Assembly: GCA_963710375.1 (NCBI GenBank)
Contig: CAVPZX010000008.1
Location: 256,001-320,000, forward strand
Source of the DNA: Nitrospirota bacterium
GTDB taxonomy: Bacteria; Nitrospirota; Thermodesulfovibrionia; Thermodesulfovibrionales; Dissulfurispiraceae
Direction: 5' to 3'
DNA length: 64,000 nucleotides
In this document: in pieces, positions 8,657 to 20,043 of the stretch
How positions within the stretch are numbered: the first letter of the stretch is position 1
How the letters are laid out: every line of letters starts with the position of its first letter
Notes under the pieces: model-generated
Told to the model about the DNA's origin: nothing
Database searches by the model: none
What the model saw: only the letters and a program-made list of their open reading frames with translations
Translations under genes and position numbers: made by a program

Positions 8657-10543
8657 ATGAAATTTTTAATTGCCGTACCCAGCTATGTACTGAAAAGGTT
8701 CCATTACTACCATATTCCGCTGGGACTCCTCTATATTTCATCAAACCTAAAAAAAAGAGGCTTCGACGTCGAAATCGTTAACTTGAACGAATTTCCAGAA
8801 GATCCCTTGGAGTCCACATTGCGCAGATTCCTGCTAGGAATGAAAATAGACGTATTGTGTACCGGTGGACTATCCCCACACTATCAGGCAATAAAAAGCA
8901 TCTTGCAAGTCGCTAAACATGTCAAAAGCGACATAATTACCGTTGCTGGCGGAGGACTTATAAGCAGTGAACCGGAATTGATGATGCGGTTACTGCCTTT
9001 GGACTTCGGGGTCATCGGAGAAGGAGATGAAACTATAGGGGAACTGGCAAGTGCACTTGAGACTGGCAAAGGCTTTGATAAGGTAAACGGGATCATTTAT
9101 AAGGACCCTGAAAATGGGGCTATAGTGCAAACATTGCCTCGTACACCGTTGTCCGACATCGATAGTGTTCCCTGGCCCGATTATGAAGGTGTCAATACCG
9201 AGGATTACCTTACACTACAGAAACCTTCAGACTGCTATTACCGTAGCATCGTTGACAATCCACGTGAACTGGCTCTTATAGCAAGCCGTTCCTGTCCCTA
9301 CAAATGCACCTTCTGCTATCATCCTTTGGGGAATAAATACCGACAGCGGAGCCTTGACTCCATTTTCGAGGAAATAGAATTTCTTGTTCTGCGTTATAAA
9401 ATAAATATACTGGCCATATATGACGAATTATTCTCTAGCGATCTTAATAGACTAAGCGAATTCTGCACCAGGATTAAGAAATACGGCATCCACTGGTCTG
9501 CTCAACTAAGAGTGGACAAAGTAAACCGCGAGATACTGTCCCTGATGAAAGACTCGGGATGTTATATCATCAGTTACGGGATAGAAAGCGCGCAAGATGA
9601 GATACTGAAGAGCCTCAAGAAGTACATTACTGTGGCCCAAATCGAAAATGCCCTTCGGTTAACAAACGACTCGAAAATTTGTGTACAAGGGAATATTATT
9701 ATCGGGGCTGAGGATGAAACAATCGAAACGGCCAACACCTCCTTGCGTTGGGCCCTTGATAACTGGACCTATCAGTTGGGCGTCAACCATATACAGGTTT
9801 ATCCTGGCAGTGAACTATATGCCATAGCTCTTAAAAAGGGAATTATTACCGACAAAGCTGCCTATATCGAGGCACGCTGTCCAGTCATAAATGTCACTAA
9901 AATGACAAGTGAAGAATTTTCCAGCGTATCAGCTTCCATCAAAAAAATGAGGTTCCCCAAAATTACAAGTGTCGCTGAAATTATCTCTTTGGAGAAAAAA
10001 ACTGAGGATTCTTTCGGCCGGGACTCATACTATCTAAAGTTGCGCTGTCAGTACTGCCGCCAGGAAGTTGAATACAACAATATGGCTGGACCAATGCCCC
10101 ATGGAAATAGCCTCTTCTTCTGCAGGAAATGCTTTATGCGTTACGAAATACCGCTTTATTTTAGCGGCCTGCTGAATTACGAGTCCTTTAAGGCCCTTAA
10201 CTCGGCAATTGACTATATATTGAACAGGCTTAAGCAGGATACCAAAATCGCTCTGTGGGGCTTCAACGACGTTACCTACCTGGTTTTTGTCATCACAAGA
10301 CTGTGCCAGAAAAAAATTGCATGCATTTTCGACAGCAGGAAAGAGGTACAAGGACAGGAAATGGACGGGGTTAAAGTAATACCACTGCCTGACAATGCCG
10401 CCGAAGCCCTTTCGTACGCAGATGCCATTATCATAACTTCGAACAACAACCGTACCGAACTGCAGGCGCGGGAAGCTGATCTTCAAAAAGCCGGCATAAT
10501 GATAGCCGATCTGCACATTAAAGTAGGGGCCAGTGATCTTTAA
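8657..10543 (+). CDS. Cobalamin-dependent (class B-like) radical SAM protein with C-terminal CxxC pair and Rossmann-like tail
   Basis: N-terminal B12-binding domain (PLGLLYI, VAGGG, VIGEGDET), SRSCPYKCTFC, then CQYC...CRKC. Confidence 0.9.
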   Translation: MKFLIAVPSYVLKRFHYYHIPLGLLYISSNLKKRGFDVEIVNLNEFPEDPLESTLRRFLLGMKIDVLCTGGLSPHYQAIKSILQVAKHVKSDIITVAGGGLISSEPELMMRLLPLDFGVIGEGDETIGELASALETGKGFDKVNGIIYKDPENGAIVQTLPRTPLSDIDSVPWPDYEGVNTEDYLTLQKPSDCYYRSIVDNPRELALIASRSCPYKCTFCYHPLGNKYRQRSLDSIFEEIEFLVLRYKINILAIYDELFSSDLNRLSEFCTRIKKYGIHWSAQLRVDKVNREILSLMKDSGCYIISYGIESAQDEILKSLKKYITVAQIENALRLTNDSKICVQGNIIIGAEDETIETANTSLRWALDNWTYQLGVNHIQVYPGSELYAIALKKGIITDKAAYIEARCPVINVTKMTSEEFSSVSASIKKMRFPKITSVAEIISLEKKTEDSFGRDSYYLKLRCQYCRQEVEYNNMAGPMPHGNSLFFCRKCFMRYEIPLYFSGLLNYESFKALNSAIDYILNRLKQDTKIALWGFNDVTYLVFVITRLCQKKIACIFDSRKEVQGQEMDGVKVIPLPDNAAEALSYADAIIITSNNNRTELQAREADLQKAGIMIADLHIKVGASDL

Positions 10544-12532
10544 ATCGGTAAATCCCTTGAGTGACGCAGAAAATCATCATCTTTTGGCAAAAAGCCTACC
10601 CATTTCGTAAAAAACCTGACCCTGTTCTTCCAATTCTCATCAGAGACATCTTCCAGAAAAAAAGTCTCCTTATAATTAAATGCAAGACAATCAGGCAGGT
10701 ATCTTATTGGAATACTCAATTCTTTTGCCTTAAGGCATATATCCGGCTCAATAAGATGATTTGCCAGCCCATCATCAAATCCTCCAACTGATTCGAATAC
10801 GCTTCTATGCATACCAATCATTCCACCGCCCAGAGCATCCCTATGTGTGTTGAGTATTATGTCCTCTTTTATAAGGTAAGGCGTAAAGTTAAAATCAAAG
10901 CCTATGCCGAGACAGTAAGGCGTCAAATCCGGGTTCTTTATCGGCACTCCGGCTATCCCGTCTTTCATGGCATTGGCCATGCCTTCATCTGTAGAGTACA
11001 CAATGCCGGGTCTTATAAAAACCAGATATTCACCTGATGATATTTCAGCGCCGGTATTGTAGAGATGAGCAAGATTTCCTTCAGCCGCGATAATGCTTAC
11101 ACCTCCTGTAATATGGGAAAGCGTTTCCTTTATGCCGCTGTCACTCACGACAATTACAACTTCCCAATCCTTATGTTTCACATTCCGGGGAAGAGACGCA
11201 AGAGTTGCCATCAATGCTTCGGAATCATGTCCTGAAGGAACAATAAAACTGACCTTACCCGCACTAATTTCCTTTTGCAAGGCTGCCGAGCCCCTTTGTC
11301 TACTCCCCCTCACATCTAAAATATAACTCATAACACCTATCGCCCTTTCCACAGACTTGCCATCGAGTTTATAATAATTGTCGGCTAAAAATTTGCCGAG
11401 GCGGGCCTGCAAGTCAGAAGGGACTCCTTTTTCCATTGTGCTGAATAGGCTTGCCCAGTTCCCAAGTGGATAAACAGACTGTGCAACGCCCTCATTAACA
11501 AGATAATCATTTGTTAAATCCGGATCCGGAACAGAAAAGAGCGGCTTGCCAAAGGCCAATGCTTCTATATTGAGTGTTGTCTTGCCCAGGGCCACGCAAT
11601 AATCCGAGATAGCAATTAACTTGTAGGGGTCATAGGTATCACAAATAATAGCAGCTGTATTAATCTCCCTGAATATCTCCTTAATTTGTTCAACAGGTTT
11701 CTTTAATACATTGGGGTGCCACTTGAATATTAAAACAGCGCTGTCTTCGACCCTTTCAAGTCCATGCAACAATGCCTCCCAAACGTCCTTTCTTATCATT
11801 CCCCCATATTTTACTCCTACCAGAAAGAGAACGATTTTTTTGTCTGGCCGGATGGCCAGTTCCTTCCTGATCGCATTTCTCACTTCATGACCTGAATATT
11901 CCTTAATAGCGCCCTCGATATGAGTATTTCCTACAGGAAACATTTTATCCACCGAGCATTTGTATCTCGACAGCCTCTCTTTTGTCACATTGCCCCATAG
12001 CAGGTTGGCGGTAGAATATTCTGTGTGCATAGCATTGCCGATCTGACCCGTATAATAATCCCCTTCCTGAAATGTCACAAGAGGTATTTTGTTCTTATAA
12101 CAGAGATGGCCTATTATCTTGCCCCAGCGTCCGCATTCATGATGGACCAGAAACAGGTCAGGCCTCTCAACCTCCATAAACCTCTCCATACAAAAATACT
12201 CTTCTATAAATTCCTTGAAGATCCAGGTTTCCTTAAACAGGGGCCAGCGCCGAAATCCTTTCCACCTGAAACAAATAGCTGACCAGCGTTCGAACAGACT
12301 CAGATAACCCGGTATTGATCTTATTCACAACATCGTCCGTCAAGTAATCGGTAAAATGCCTGTACCACAGGTTACGCTCAATCATGTCAAGCTCATAGGG
12401 ATAATCCGACAACGGCGTGACAAAAAGGATGTCGCCTTTATGTTTTCTTATTTCCTCTCTGATAGGCATAAAAAACCTTGTATGATGAGGAAATGCCAGG
12501 AAACTCGCTATTTTCTTCCCTTTGAGGCTCAT
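10540..12532 (-). CDS. Two-domain glycosyltransferase-like protein (GT-B-like N-terminus, GT2-like C-terminus), interrupted by a +1 frameshift at about 12308-12310
   Basis: ORFs 12233-12532 and 10540-12189 join into one frame (...NKINTG-YLSLFERWSAICFRWKG...EEYFCMERF...) if one G is removed from ACCGGGTTAT. Motifs KWHP, EALAFGKP, YNTGAE and VGGFDD. Confidence 0.75.
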
Positions 12533-13704
12533 CGTTTTCCCGCTGTCAGCTCGTTGATGATATCAATCATGCCGACTGTATCATTCTTTGTTTTATAGGC
12601 CCTTTTGAGGGACCGGGCAAGTGTAACGGGACTTTTTATAAACATAACACCATCATTGTCAGGCATTGGGTCATTCATCGGATTATATATCCATGCACCC
12701 TTTCCATTCAGGGCCGAAAATTCAACCGGAGAGATATAGGATGGAGATATTGCAACATCAGAAATCATGACAACGGGCACAATACTGTCTGGTCCAACCA
12801 CATAAAATCTACCCTTGATTTTCTGCAGATATTTGAGAAAAACCCCCTCTATGATTTTATCTTCCGTAAATTCCCGTATAACAAAATTGCGCTTGACCAG
12901 GAATAACACGACCGGAATCCGGGTTTCTGTAATGACCCTGAAAATCTCCGTCAACTGGGGCCTGAACCTTGAATGGTTAAAAACCACTACGCCCAGCTCG
13001 GAACGGCTCACGGTTATCTGTGAATTATAGAGATGGTTTTTATAGACGTCTTCTATAGTAGATAAAGAATATATGTCTTTGATGTCCGTCAATACACTTA
13101 TTTTTTCCGGAGCAATCCCTTTTTTAACATAAAATTGTTTTTCATATTCTTTTCTAACGATAATGGCATCCATTAGTCCGGCCATGAGCAGGCCGCTTTC
13201 GACTGCAGGGTAAACCTGGTATCCCGCCACCTTTATACCTGCCTCTTTGGCGTCAAACAGCAAGGTGGTATAAAAGACATCGACGACATCAGAAATGGCT
13301 TCGTCATAATTCATTAACGGAAATAAAACCATATCAGCATCGATACCGCCAATTTCCGGGAAGGAGGATCCTGATAAATGCCCCCAGAAATCATCAAATG
13401 CAGTGGGCTTCCATAATTTCAGGTCTGTTCCCGGCACAACCATATCATATGTATATTGAACAAAACCTTTTGCAAGGTCATCTCTAAAAGCATCGGTAAC
13501 AGGCAGCGATTCCGCCTCGATGATCCTTGTAAGAATATTGGAAGATGGACTGCCGAGTTTTTTATTTATGTCATCATATACCTCATTTGAAATAGTCAAA
13601 ACCTCCACAATAAAATGCTTCGATAGTCCATTCAGCAAATGACAAATTCTCCCCGACGTCGCAAAATAATCGCGTTCGCTGACAGGAAAGAGCAGTTTCT
13701 TCAT
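12529..13704 (-). CDS. Hypothetical protein, possibly GT-B-fold, in the glycosylation operon
   Basis: 391-aa ORF with overlapping start/stop codons on both sides; no diagnostic motif recognised. Confidence 0.7.
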   Translation of the reverse strand: MKKLLFPVSERDYFATSGRICHLLNGLSKHFIVEVLTISNEVYDDINKKLGSPSSNILTRIIEAESLPVTDAFRDDLAKGFVQYTYDMVVPGTDLKLWKPTAFDDFWGHLSGSSFPEIGGIDADMVLFPLMNYDEAISDVVDVFYTTLLFDAKEAGIKVAGYQVYPAVESGLLMAGLMDAIIVRKEYEKQFYVKKGIAPEKISVLTDIKDIYSLSTIEDVYKNHLYNSQITVSRSELGVVVFNHSRFRPQLTEIFRVITETRIPVVLFLVKRNFVIREFTEDKIIEGVFLKYLQKIKGRFYVVGPDSIVPVVMISDVAISPSYISPVEFSALNGKGAWIYNPMNDPMPDNDGVMFIKSPVTLARSLKRAYKTKNDTVGMIDIINELTAGKR

Positions 13705-15827
13705 GAATTCTCCTCGTCGCTCCTGATGGCTGTTACCGACTGAAAAAATCGCTCAAGTTCTCTCACCGCATCAATGTTATCATAAAATATATTATTCCTT
13801 TCGAGTATCTTTATACTTATTTTCTCTCTCCAATCTGCATCGTTGGCCAGTCGCAACGCTAACTGAATGTATTGTTCGCTGTTATTGCTGATGAGATCCA
13901 TGATATCCATTTTCTTATAGTAGGCGTATGTAAAACGGCTTGCCATCCTGCTTGAAGGCCATGTTACTATCGGACAGCCGACTGAAAATAACTCCAGGCT
14001 GGTTGTGCCGCCACAAAAATAAGGTGTATCCAATACAGCATCCGCACTTCTCAAAAGACTGAGAAAATCATCGATAGGAAGACGGGGCAAAAAAATTATC
14101 CTGTCCGAAACATCAGGCATTGATCGCAAGAACCGCTCCATAAGCAAGGTGCTCCAATGCTTGTTCGCATCATCAAATAAAATGAGCAGGCCCTTATTGT
14201 CGCGTCGTAAAATCTCACCTAAGACAGCATCAAAATCCGGGTGGAATTTGATTAAGCTTTGAGGCGCAACATATAATCTGCTGTCTGCCGGCAACCCCAC
14301 CCTTCTCCTGATCTCCAGCGAGCCTGTTAATTCAACAACAGCAGGTCGATAAAAATAATTTGGCACATTTTTCATTCTGACAAGACATTCCGAGTATTGA
14401 GTTTCAGAACCCTCCGGCTCGAAGTCTTCACAGGATATAAAGTAATCCAAATTGGGTATCCCGGTTGTGTCAGGATGCCCCCATGTGACACACTGCACAG
14501 GAGCCAACCTGGAGAAAGCAAGGAAATAAGTAAAGGGGTCCATTCCGATATCAGTATAAAACAGGATATCCAGCTCACATTCGGCTATCTGCTCCCGAGC
14601 CGTTTCCAAAGCAGGAGCGAGCGACACTGATTTACCGGCATTTCGTTCTATGAATTGCGATATTTCATCGGATCTCTTTTTGCCAAAGAAAACATTGACA
14701 TTAAAAAGCTCACGGGACAGGTTCGCAATGACCCCCCGGAAATGTTTACCCATAGTATGTTCGCAAAAATAGCTCGAAATAAAACCGATCTTTATTTTTC
14801 CTGTCCTCTCAATATTCCCTCCATTTTTGCAATGCGGCGCCGTATAAAGCAGCGAAGGGCAGGCATCTGCATAAAGCTTTGCTATCTTAATCTGCAATTC
14901 CCGATTGTTGAGCCCATGATATGCCAAAAAAAAGTTTGTTTGACCAATATCCTTAAGAGGATTATTCAGGACAACACCCGATTGTAGGAAGTCATCTATG
15001 GCATGGTCAAACTGCCGGCGAAAATGCAGAACACTTTCTTTGGACGGCATGATTATCGGCGGCAGTGCTGCCAATTTTATTTTCACGCCGGCACTGTGTG
15101 TTAACTCAAATACTTTTCGGTAATGGGCCTTAGCTTCCTCAATCTTGCCCTGGTCCGCAAGCGCATTACCCAGATTGTAATGCGCCTCATGAAAATCAGG
15201 TTTTGAGGACACAGCCCTGCGGAAAAAGGGTATTGCTTCATCTATCTTCCACTGCTCTGCAAGCGCATTGCCCAGATTGAAATTAGCCATGTGCGAATCG
15301 GGTTTTAGGGACACAGCCACGTAGTAACAGGCTGTCGCTTCTACCAGCTTACCTTGCTCTTTAAACGCATTGCCCAGATTGTATTGGGCCTCGAAAGAAC
15401 GAGGGTCCAAAGACACGGCCCGGTGATAACAGGCTATCGCTTCATCCAGTTTACCCTGCTCCGCAAGCACGGAGCCCAGATTATTGAGCGCCTCGAAATA
15501 ATCCGGATTTAAAGATAATGCACGGCGGTAACAGGCAATTGCTTCATCAGGTTTAATCAAAGCTCGATACACATTGCCGGCATTATTATGATACAAAGGA
15601 ATCGCCTGATTTACATTTATCGCTTTTTCAATTAAACCGATCGCAGTTTCGTTCTGCCCAAGTTGATTGGCAATAACGCCGAGTAAGTGTAATGCGTCAG
15701 CATTGTCGGGTTGAGTCTGCAATACTTGATGATAAATAGCTTCTGCTTGTTGCAGCTCACCTTTCTGGTGGTGCTTTAACGCCAGTTGCAGTGCATCAGT
15801 AACAGCTAAGTGCTCCGGTTTGTTCAT
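13701..15827 (-). CDS. TPR-containing O-GlcNAc transferase / SPINDLY-like protein (GT41)
   Basis: About 7 TPRs, then KIKIGFISSYFCEHT, RLAPVQCVTWGHPDTTG, SLIKFHP and DTPYFCGGTTSLE. Confidence 0.9.
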   Translation of the reverse strand: MNKPEHLAVTDALQLALKHHQKGELQQAEAIYHQVLQTQPDNADALHLLGVIANQLGQNETAIGLIEKAINVNQAIPLYHNNAGNVYRALIKPDEAIACYRRALSLNPDYFEALNNLGSVLAEQGKLDEAIACYHRAVSLDPRSFEAQYNLGNAFKEQGKLVEATACYYVAVSLKPDSHMANFNLGNALAEQWKIDEAIPFFRRAVSSKPDFHEAHYNLGNALADQGKIEEAKAHYRKVFELTHSAGVKIKLAALPPIIMPSKESVLHFRRQFDHAIDDFLQSGVVLNNPLKDIGQTNFFLAYHGLNNRELQIKIAKLYADACPSLLYTAPHCKNGGNIERTGKIKIGFISSYFCEHTMGKHFRGVIANLSRELFNVNVFFGKKRSDEISQFIERNAGKSVSLAPALETAREQIAECELDILFYTDIGMDPFTYFLAFSRLAPVQCVTWGHPDTTGIPNLDYFISCEDFEPEGSETQYSECLVRMKNVPNYFYRPAVVELTGSLEIRRRVGLPADSRLYVAPQSLIKFHPDFDAVLGEILRRDNKGLLILFDDANKHWSTLLMERFLRSMPDVSDRIIFLPRLPIDDFLSLLRSADAVLDTPYFCGGTTSLELFSVGCPIVTWPSSRMASRFTYAYYKKMDIMDLISNNSEQYIQLALRLANDADWREKISIKILERNNIFYDNIDAVRELERFFQSVTAIRSDEENS

Positions 15828-15873
15828 TTCTTAGCCCACAACTTGCGTCAAAACGTGATTCATGTTGTATTTT

Positions 15874-15889
15874 AGCAAATATTGCACCC
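15874..15889 (-). promoter_or_regulatory. Possible sigma-54 promoter of the GT41 operon
   Basis: Minus strand reads GGGTGCAATATTTGCT (GG-N10-GC with TTGCT), 46 nt upstream of the ATG at 15827; the -24 box is imperfect. Confidence 0.45.
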
Positions 15890-16027
15890 CTATTGCCGGG
15901 CGAAGGCTTCTAACGGTAGCAGACTCCGCTTCACTTCCCCGCACAGTTCTGGCATGTTGAATGAATGAATAGAAACTCATAAGAAAAAATGTTATGATTG
16001 AGTAATTTCCCCAAAAGGAGGCGAACT

Positions 16028-16249
16028 ATGCGAGTAATGGATATTCCACAAATTAAAAAATTAAGTGTACCCGAAAAGATTCTTCTTGCCGAGGATCTGT
16101 GGGATAGCATATCTTCTGAAGAATCTACTATCCCTGTTCCAGAGAGCCACATGACAGAGTTGGACAGACGGCTTGCTAGACATGCCTCCAGTCCGGGAGG
16201 ACTTTTATCTCTGGATGAGCTTCGGAAAAGAATAGAAGCAAGCAAATGA
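16028..16249 (+). CDS. Putative addiction-module antitoxin component
   Basis: LSVPEKILLAEDLWDSI...ELDRRLA signature; AAGGAGG RBS before ATG 16028; overlaps the toxin start. Confidence 0.85.
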   Translation: MRVMDIPQIKKLSVPEKILLAEDLWDSISSEESTIPVPESHMTELDRRLARHASSPGGLLSLDELRKRIEASK

Positions 16250-16557
16250 CTTATGACCTGCGGTTTCTTCCCGAAGTTGAAGAAGATATCGTCAACGGTT
16301 ATGTTTGGTATGAAACAAAATCCAGAGGGCTCGGTGAAGACTTTCTTCGCATGTTCTATGTTTGTGCAAATGAAATTCTCTGCAATCCGCTGCTTTACCG
16401 GAAAGTTCATCTGAACTTTCGGAGGCGTCTGCTTCGTCGATTTCCCTACGCTATCTATTTTATGATAGAGAACGACCAGATCGTTGTATTTGGGCTTTTT
16501 CATTGTGCGCGCTACCCACAAGCTATAAATGCAGAACTCCAAAATAGAGAAAAATAG
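16246..16557 (+). CDS. RelE/ParE-family type II toxin
   Basis: LRFLPEVEEDI...WYE...GLGEDF...RRFPYAIYF...VFGLFHCAR pattern. Confidence 0.88.
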   Translation: MTYDLRFLPEVEEDIVNGYVWYETKSRGLGEDFLRMFYVCANEILCNPLLYRKVHLNFRRRLLRRFPYAIYFMIENDQIVVFGLFHCARYPQAINAELQNREK

Positions 16558-16613
16558 AGGCCATTCCGCAGGATGCGGTACGACCGCCGCACCTGTGACC
16601 TCAGTCGATGGAT
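16552..16613 (+). other. Decayed attC-like hairpin downstream of the TA pair
   Basis: Arms CAGG-A-TGCGG (16569-16578) and CCGCACCTG (16587-16595) with one unpaired A, followed by TGACCTCAGTCGATGG; the GTT core is degenerate. Confidence 0.4.
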
Positions 16614-16628
16614 TAGATTTCAGAAGAT

Positions 16629-18681
<2,053 letters not shown>

Positions 18682-18705
18682 TAAGGAGCACTGAGTAATA
18701 ATTTT

Positions 18706-19470
18706 TCAATCTCCCTTAACCTTGCCGACAGGTGCGAGGTAGATCGCAAACTCGTCACTCCCATCAACACCCAAAAGTTTGTCTAACAACTCTTGATGAT
18801 ATGCAGCAACTGCACAGGTGGCAGCGCGGATCGCCTCACAGGCGATATAGAGGTTTTGGCAGACATGACCCGCATCAATGGCAATGACCTTGTGTGCGGC
18901 TATGTCATATCGCCACTCCATCCGATAGGGTATGGCAGTCCAAATGAAAGTAACAGCAGACTTCCCTACGAAAACCTGTCCCAGGGCTGCCTCAGAGATC
19001 CTGGAGGATAAGTGCGCCGGCTGAGAAACCGGCAGCAGCTGATGTTCCACCGGCAGATAGCGATATATCCCCTCTTCAAGCCCTGCAACATTAAAGACAC
19101 AGAGATAGGTCTCAAGTGCATGCCTGCATCCTGCAGACGGAACCACTCTGAAGGCGTTGCCCGGCGAAGCGGGCTTCCGGACCCCCTGAGTTGCCCAGAG
19201 CAGAAAGGAAAGCTCTTTCATTGAAAGCGGTACTGCATTGAAAACCCGGCGGCTCCTTCTGTGGTCAATCGCGGTAAAGACATCAATAACCGGGATATCG
19301 CGAAGTTTTTCAGCCGGGACGAGATCGATACATTGAGTTCCGCTGGGGATAGGTTTTTCGAGAGGCGGAGGGGCTATCCCTCTGTTCTGATCGGTATTGC
19401 TGAAATCAACCTCCTGCCTCACTGTATCCTTCAGAAAATCCCTGAACCTGTCACGCGATAATCTATCCAT
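18706..19470 (-). CDS. SagB/ThcOx-family FMN-dependent dehydrogenase (nitroreductase superfamily)
   Basis: RRSRR, LSFLLWATQG, RVVPSAGCRHALETY and DAGHVCQNLY; ATG at 19470 is the preferred start. Confidence 0.9.
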   Translation of the reverse strand: MDRLSRDRFRDFLKDTVRQEVDFSNTDQNRGIAPPPLEKPIPSGTQCIDLVPAEKLRDIPVIDVFTAIDHRRSRRVFNAVPLSMKELSFLLWATQGVRKPASPGNAFRVVPSAGCRHALETYLCVFNVAGLEEGIYRYLPVEHQLLPVSQPAHLSSRISEAALGQVFVGKSAVTFIWTAIPYRMEWRYDIAAHKVIAIDAGHVCQNLYIACEAIRAATCAVAAYHQELLDKLLGVDGSDEFAIYLAPVGKVKGD

Positions 19471-19483
19471 TTTTGTTCTTCCC

Positions 19484-19981
19484 TTAAGACCGTATGTCTT
19501 CTCCGGCGGCTTCAAGAAGGAATTTCATTGCAAAATAAGAAGCCTTTTCCTTATTTGCAGCCCTGTCGCCCGACAACAACAGCTCTTTGACAATAGTTTT
19601 CCCCTCGCTGCTTACTGCGATATATACAAGCCCTCTTTCCTTACCTTCAAGCACGTCCGGGCCGAGATTGCCTGTGGTAGCAAGGGCGTAGTCTGTCTTA
19701 AGCAATGCCCTCACCCTCTCCGCCATTTCACGCGCAACAGTTTCGCTTATTACGCCGTATGTTTCGATAGTATCCGGAGCAAGGCCGAGAATGCTCAGCT
19801 TTGAAGTATTTGAGTAGGTCACAAGGCCTGCCTGAAAAAAAACGCTCGAGCCGGGCAGCATTGTCATGAAGTGGCTGATCAGGCCGCCCGTGCACGATTC
19901 AGCAACCGCAAGGGTCAACCCTTTCCCGGTGAACAGTTTATGCACACGCCTGATGCTGCCCTGCACATCTTCATCCATCAC
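19484..19981 (-). CDS. CinA/PncC-family nicotinamide-nucleotide amidohydrolase
   Basis: LAVAESCTGGL, YSNTSK, GVISETVAREMA and TTGNLGP. Confidence 0.92.
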   Translation of the reverse strand: MMDEDVQGSIRRVHKLFTGKGLTLAVAESCTGGLISHFMTMLPGSSVFFQAGLVTYSNTSKLSILGLAPDTIETYGVISETVAREMAERVRALLKTDYALATTGNLGPDVLEGKERGLVYIAVSSEGKTIVKELLLSGDRAANKEKASYFAMKFLLEAAGEDIRS

Positions 19982-20043
19982 TATAAACTATAATGAAAAA
20001 ACCTGCGTGTCAAGAATTTTATTTTCTGAAGTATAATAGAGTC

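Noticed and set aside
18706..19470. RiPP (azole) cluster around the SagB-type dehydrogenase
   Set aside because: No YcaO, precursor peptide or transporter is adjacent, and stand-alone SagB-like genes are common.
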